This document shows, piece after piece, positions 56,138 to 60,680 of a DNA stretch of 60,680 bases (positions are counted from its first letter, which is position 1; each line of letters begins with the position of its first letter). Source of the DNA: a virus. Lineage: Duplodnaviria > Caudoviricetes. The notes under the pieces are model-generated. The model worked only from the letters and a program-made list of their open reading frames with translations. It did no database searches and was not told the DNA's origin. Made by a program: the position numbers and the translations under genes. The DNA is taken from IMG/VR virus record IMGVR_UViG_3300037307_000478, positions 1 through 60,680 of that record, one strand, 5' to 3'.

Positions 56138-56302
56138 ATGGCCAAATTAATTCAAACTATTATTGCGATGGGTCTTTGGTATTTAATAGGATCTTTTGTC
56201 GGTGGATCTTTTCATCCATTTGACTGGCATTGGGCTTGGAGATTAATATTAATATTATTGATGATAGTTACAGTAGGACAAATATTAGATGGTAAAGATT
56301 AA
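56138..56302 (+). CDS. small two-TM membrane protein (54 aa, not in ORF track)
   Basis: MAKLIQTIIAMGLWYLIGSFVGGSFHPFDWHWAWRLILILLMIVTVGQILDGKD. Confidence 0.65.
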   Translation: MAKLIQTIIAMGLWYLIGSFVGGSFHPFDWHWAWRLILILLMIVTVGQILDGKD

Positions 56303-56314
56303 TATATAATCTTA

Positions 56315-57742
56315 ATGAAAATATTAAAATACAGTCAATTCTCTGATAAAAAATTATTAGAAGAGGTTTCTTCTAAACTTAAGGGTAGGAATCTATTTCC
56401 TGAAAAAACTATGCATGCTAAAAAATATTTGGAAAGTATAACTATTCCGGAAACAACATATTTACCATCATATGAAGACTGTCTTGAAATGTGTTCTAAA
56501 GAAGATTCTCCTTTTTATGAATCCAAAATGCAATTAGATGGATTTAATATATCTGTTTTTAATTATAGATTAGCTCAATATAAAGACTTTGTTACGCCAC
56601 TTCCTAATAAGCCTCAGGTTAAGGCATATGAAATGAGAGGATTAACTTTTATATTTAATAATGATGGTAGTCTTTATAAAAGATACATATTGCTTGAAAA
56701 ATTCTTTAACTTAAATCAAGTTCCGGAATCAATGTATTCTATTGTAAAAAATTATAAAATAAAATTTGTTAATGAAAAAGAGGATGGTTCTATAGCTTCA
56801 TTTATAAAATTACCAAATGGTAAAATTTACGGCAAATCTAAAATGTCTTTTGAAAATGATCAGGCTATAGGTATTACTAATATTTATAAGTCTAATAAAG
56901 ATGTCAATGGATTCGTTAATTGGTGTATGAATAATGATATTACTCCCATCTTTGAGTATGTTGCACCACATAATAGAATTGTTTTGAGATACTCGAAGGA
57001 AGAATTAATTCTTTTGAGATTAAGAGATAATAAAACTGGAAAACATATTGATATTAAAGATCATTTAGATAAATTGGGTTCTATTAAAATTGCTCCTTTT
57101 AAAGATGATTTTAAAGATTTGGATTCATTGATTGAGTTAACTGCAACTGAAATTGATAAGGAAGGTTATGTTATTCAAGCAGAAGATGAAAATGGCAAAG
57201 ATTTTTTCTTTAAATTGAAAACTCCATGGTACTGTGAAAGGCATGGATTATTAACTGAAGATTTATATAAAGAAAATATAATTATTGGTTATATTTTAGA
57301 TGATAAAATTGATGACATTTTGGGTCAAATTCCGGAAGAAGAAGTTGAAGCTAGAGAGAGAATTCTTAAAATAGTTGATATTATTAAAAGATCAATATCT
57401 AAAAAAATACACAGTATTGACGAACTTTATAAAAAATTTGTTGAAATGGGTAAAAATAAAAGAGACTTTGCTCTAAAATATCGTAGAGATAAAGACTTCC
57501 CATTTGTTATGGAATTATCTAAATTGGATGATCTAAAATCTTTACCAAGAGAGGAAATATTAACCAAATATGACAGTTATGAAAGATATGAATCAACTAT
57601 TAATAGACTTGATAAATATGAATTAATTAAGCAATGGTTAAAAGATAGAACTAAGAGACTTCAAATGGCTAGAGATTTTATAAGGGAGGAAGATCCCAAA
57701 TTTGAATTTAGAAATAAAATAGAAAATGAGGATGATAATTAA
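56315..57742 (+). CDS. T4 Rnl1/RnlA-like RNA ligase with N-terminal leader
   Basis: EMRGL, LEKFFN, EKEDGS, FEYVAPHNRIV, EGYV, KLKTPWY..H; AATATATA at 56301-56308. Confidence 0.9.
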   Translation: MKILKYSQFSDKKLLEEVSSKLKGRNLFPEKTMHAKKYLESITIPETTYLPSYEDCLEMCSKEDSPFYESKMQLDGFNISVFNYRLAQYKDFVTPLPNKPQVKAYEMRGLTFIFNNDGSLYKRYILLEKFFNLNQVPESMYSIVKNYKIKFVNEKEDGSIASFIKLPNGKIYGKSKMSFENDQAIGITNIYKSNKDVNGFVNWCMNNDITPIFEYVAPHNRIVLRYSKEELILLRLRDNKTGKHIDIKDHLDKLGSIKIAPFKDDFKDLDSLIELTATEIDKEGYVIQAEDENGKDFFFKLKTPWYCERHGLLTEDLYKENIIIGYILDDKIDDILGQIPEEEVEARERILKIVDIIKRSISKKIHSIDELYKKFVEMGKNKRDFALKYRRDKDFPFVMELSKLDDLKSLPREEILTKYDSYERYESTINRLDKYELIKQWLKDRTKRLQMARDFIREEDPKFEFRNKIENEDDN

Positions 57743-58056
57743 TCCTCATTTTTTGTTTCTTCTTCTTTTACAAGCCATCTACTAAAATCCATATCATCTA
57801 TTCTATTATACATTTCTTTATAAGGAACTACTTGTTTAATAATATTACTAATTAATTTAGGATATTCATCATCTTCTGTTATTTTATATCCCAATTTTTC
57901 TTCTAATTCTTCAGATACAGTTAAAACTAATTTATCATCTGTGTAGAAATAAGTAGCTTCATAGTATTCATTATCATAGACAATAGATAATAAAACCATT
58001 ATTCCGGTTTCTAATTTGCCTAAATATTCTAATATAGAGGGTTGAAATTTATCCAT
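57739..58056 (-). CDS. hypothetical protein
   Basis: Part of an overlapping operon. Confidence 0.7.
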   Translation of the reverse strand: MDKFQPSILEYLGKLETGIMVLLSIVYDNEYYEATYFYTDDKLVLTVSEELEEKLGYKITEDDEYPKLISNIIKQVVPYKEMYNRIDDMDFSRWLVKEEETKNED

Positions 58057-58261
58057 TTATTAAATCTGATATTTTATCATCTCTATCTTCTTGATTTTTA
58101 TTTTTTAATAATCCAGTTTTTATTAAAGTATTAAAAATACTTTTTTCATTTACTGTTCCCATTAAAAGGGTTCTATAAAAATCAATAATAGTATTACAAT
58201 ATTCTCTATCTCCAATATTAAGAAGTTGATTCATATCTAAATAATAATCATCTAACTTCAT
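58049..58261 (-). CDS. hypothetical protein, C-terminal DRDDKISDL
   Basis: Part of an overlapping operon. Confidence 0.7.
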   Translation of the reverse strand: MKLDDYYLDMNQLLNIGDREYCNTIIDFYRTLLMGTVNEKSIFNTLIKTGLLKNKNQEDRDDKISDLING

Positions 58262-58518
58262 AAAAGTATTTCAAATTTTTTTATTTTATCATCGGTATCA
58301 GTGAAGATTATTTTAACCTTTTCTATTTTTTTAAATTCTTTAGCTTCTCCAGTTAATTCGGTAACCATAACATCTTTTTTATAAATGATATCAATTGCTG
58401 GTGTTTCTCCTAAAAATTTTTTCATGTCTTGTGATATTTGGTGAATAGACCAATTATCAGTTTTAAAATCTATACCAGATAGATATTTTTTTATTGCGTC
58501 TAATTTTAAAGAATCCAT
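58258..58518 (-). CDS. hypothetical protein
   Basis: Part of an overlapping operon. Confidence 0.7.
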   Translation of the reverse strand: MDSLKLDAIKKYLSGIDFKTDNWSIHQISQDMKKFLGETPAIDIIYKKDVMVTELTGEAKEFKKIEKVKIIFTDTDDKIKKFEILL

Positions 58519-58519
58519 T

Positions 58520-58867
58520 TTACTTTTTAATTTTTTTTATACCACCTCTATCAATAATATAAGTGTTATATTTTTCTATTAACTCTAAGTTGTCGTGTGT
58601 CAGTTTACATAACCTATTAAAATCAATAATACACTTTTCTGATAAATCAAACCACTCTCCATCTACTTTGTACTTAATAAAATGTTTATGTAAATTTTTT
58701 TCTATTTTAGTCCCCCATTTTGATTCAAAATAAGATACCACTTCGAAACTGGATGCATTTCCTGTTTTAAATTCCTTTATTCTATCGTGAATATTCCTTC
58801 TGGTATATCCTATCTTATATAATTTTTTATTATTTATTTCAGAGGACACTAAATATACTTTATACAT
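58520..58867 (-). CDS. GIY-YIG-like T5orf172 family nuclease
   Basis: VYLV..YKIGYT..RIKEFKTGN..EKNLHKHF..GEWF. Confidence 0.85.
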   Translation of the reverse strand: MYKVYLVSSEINNKKLYKIGYTRRNIHDRIKEFKTGNASSFEVVSYFESKWGTKIEKNLHKHFIKYKVDGEWFDLSEKCIIDFNRLCKLTHDNLELIEKYNTYIIDRGGIKKIKK

Positions 58868-58946
58868 AAGATTATATATTAATAGTATTATGATACATAT
58901 TTAGAAAATAAGAAATTAATATATAGAAATAAAGTTTATTTAAAAT

Positions 58947-60680
58947 ATGGGTCCAAAATTAATTACTGAATTTCCTATACTTGTAGCTGCCCCACCAAAT
59001 TGGTTAATTGCTGTTGGAGATCCAACTTCGGGTGTATTATATCAAACTCCAATTGGTTCTTTATTAAGCGGACCTCAAGGTACTCAGGGATTACAAGGAT
59101 TTCAAGGTGCTTCTGGAATTGGATTACAAGGTGTTCAAGGTATAGGGGGAAATCAAGGTCCCACTGGCCCCGCAGGTGGTCCACAAGGAGTTGATGGTCT
59201 TCAGGGATTTCAAGGGGTAACTGGCCCCGCAGGTGGACCGCAAGGATTTCAAGGAAATCAAGGTAGGCAAGGAGATATGGGATTCGAGGGGTTCCAGGGT
59301 AGACAAGGTAATATAGGATTAACAGGATTTCAAGGAAATCAAGGAAGAGGATCTCAAGGTTTTCAAGGTTTCCAAGGCTTGACAGGATTTCAAGGCAATC
59401 AAGGTTTCGGATCACAAGGTAATCAAGGATTAGCAGGCATTCAAGGAAATCAAGGTATTCAAGGATTAATTGGATTAACAGGATTTCAAGGACTTCAAGG
59501 TATGTCTGGGGAAGCCGCGGCAATGGGAGCGACTGGTAATCAGGGATTTCAAGGCATTGAAGGCTTACAAGGTTATCAAGGTGTTCAGGGTATACCAGGA
59601 GCTTATGATGCTATAGGTGCCACTGGATATCAAGGTAATCAGGGACTTGATGGTGTCCAAGGTAATCAGGGACTTGATGGTGTCCAAGGTAATCAGGGAC
59701 TTGATGGATATCAAGGTCTTCAGGGATGGCAGGGTAATCAAGGATTGGGCAATACTGGTAGTCAAGGATATCAAGGATTCCAAGGTTTAGAAGGATCAGG
59801 TAGTCAGGGAAATCAGGGTCGTCAAGGTCTTGCCGGAGCATTGGGTGGCAATGTATTTAATTATCAGATGACCAAGATATTAACAGCTAGTGGTCAAAAC
59901 CCAACTAGTGGAGTTTTTTCTGTTACTGATGGAGTGGCATCAGATCCAACAATAGAAAGTTCTTTTTTCTATACAGACGTTATTATAATTAAGATAAATA
60001 CAACAGATAAAAATGGTATAAATAGATTAGCATATTTTGATTATTTGGGTATTGGTTCTGTGATATCATTTAAAAAGCCTCAATCAACTGAAGAATGGTA
60101 CTATGAAATAACTGGTAAAACAGAGAATTTAATAGGATTTTATACACTAAATGTAGTAAGTTTAGGTGGCTCTAATGATAACGATTTTGATATAGGTCAA
60201 GATTATACCGATTATTATGTTTCTTTTGATGCTATCGGACAAAGTGTAGAAGGAGGAACTGGTAGTCAGGGGTTCCAAGGTAGTCAGGGATGGCAAGGTT
60301 TAATTGGTTTAACTGGTGGGCAGGGTAATCAAGGTTGGCAAGGATCTGGTGGGCAGGGTAATCAAGGGTGGCAGGGTAATCAAGGTATTGAAGGTACTCA
60401 AGGTAATCAAGGATCCGGTGGACAAGGTAATCAAGGATGGCAAGGCATTGGCAATCAAGGTAATCAAGGTATTGATGGTACCCAAGGTAATCAAGGATGG
60501 CAGGGTTATGGTGAACAGGGTAATCAAGGATATCAAGGTTTAACTGGTAGTCAAGGTAATCAGGGCTTCCAAGGTTTAGGTTTAACAGGTAGTCAGGGTA
60601 ATCAAGGTAATGTTGGTAATCAGGGCTTCCAAGGTTTAGGTTTAACAGGTGGCCAGGGTAATCAGGGCTTCCAAGGTTTT
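58947..60680 (+). CDS. collagen-like (G-x-Q) fibre protein, 3'-truncated by window (>578 aa)
   Basis: MGPKLITEFP... frame stays open to the window end; G-X-Y blocks flank a ~130 aa globular domain; AATATATA upstream. Absent from the ORF track because no stop falls inside the window. Confidence 0.9.
   Translation, partial: MGPKLITEFPILVAAPPNWLIAVGDPTSGVLYQTPIGSLLSGPQGTQGLQGFQGASGIGLQGVQGIGGNQGPTGPAGGPQGVDGLQGFQGVTGPAGGPQGFQGNQGRQGDMGFEGFQGRQGNIGLTGFQGNQGRGSQGFQGFQGLTGFQGNQGFGSQGNQGLAGIQGNQGIQGLIGLTGFQGLQGMSGEAAAMGATGNQGFQGIEGLQGYQGVQGIPGAYDAIGATGYQGNQGLDGVQGNQGLDGVQGNQGLDGYQGLQGWQGNQGLGNTGSQGYQGFQGLEGSGSQGNQGRQGLAGALGGNVFNYQMTKILTASGQNPTSGVFSVTDGVASDPTIESSFFYTDVIIIKINTTDKNGINRLAYFDYLGIGSVISFKKPQSTEEWYYEITGKTENLIGFYTLNVVSLGGSNDNDFDIGQDYTDYYVSFDAIGQSVEGGTGSQGFQGSQGWQGLIGLTGGQGNQGWQGSGGQGNQGWQGNQGIEGTQGNQGSGGQGNQGWQGIGNQGNQGIDGTQGNQGWQGYGEQGNQGYQGLTGSQGNQGFQGLGLTGSQGNQGNVGNQGFQGLGLTGGQGNQGFQGF
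59631..59711 (+). repeat. 3 x 27 bp coding repeat (QGNQGLDGV)
   Basis: CAAGGTAATCAGGGACTTGATGGTGTC units. Confidence 0.9.

Noticed and set aside
58975-60543. Several short ORFs listed over the collagen region
   Set aside because: Artefacts of the G-x-Q repeat; the real frame starts at 58947 on the plus strand.
1-60680. Stop-codon reassignment as seen in some large Bacteroidota phages
   Set aside because: Core genes are full length in the standard code, and TAA, TGA and TAG all end plausible genes.
150-60680. tRNA genes, reverse transcriptase/DGR, integrase
   Set aside because: No cloverleaf-sized GC-rich gaps and no RT or recombinase motifs seen by eye; a tRNAscan run would confirm.

Overview
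A very AT-rich, densely coding segment of a large T4-like (myovirus, jumbo-type) phage genome using the standard genetic code. The host is most likely Bacteroidota, judged from TTTG-N20-TAnnTTTG promoters, A-rich starts without Shine-Dalgarno sites, a Q-rule signal peptide and a tmRNA tag starting with Gly. The window holds the core virion genes (tail sheath, tube, gp15, gp25, TerS/TerL, gp2, gp4, portal, fused protease-scaffold, major capsid), a gp55-like sigma, a clamp loader, gp47, ThyA and a NEIL1-like glycosylase. It also has two M28 peptidases, three RNA ligases plus a ligase-like pseudoenzyme, glycosyltransferases and homing endonucleases. Elements missing from the ORF track are the 5' part of a tmRNA (1-149, minus), a collagen-like fibre gene running off the right end, four small ORFs and an HNH relic. 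The most notable signal is a possible peptide addressing system. About 19 otherwise unrelated late proteins share an N-terminal MKYLKxF/Y(N)ES-type leader resembling the T4 capsid-targeting sequence; they include a six-gene operon and a repeat-domain polyprotein with protease-site-like linkers. A second, mostly early/middle set shares a C-terminal R-D-x-K-I-x-x-I/L motif. All calls come from reading motifs by eye; no database searches were run.
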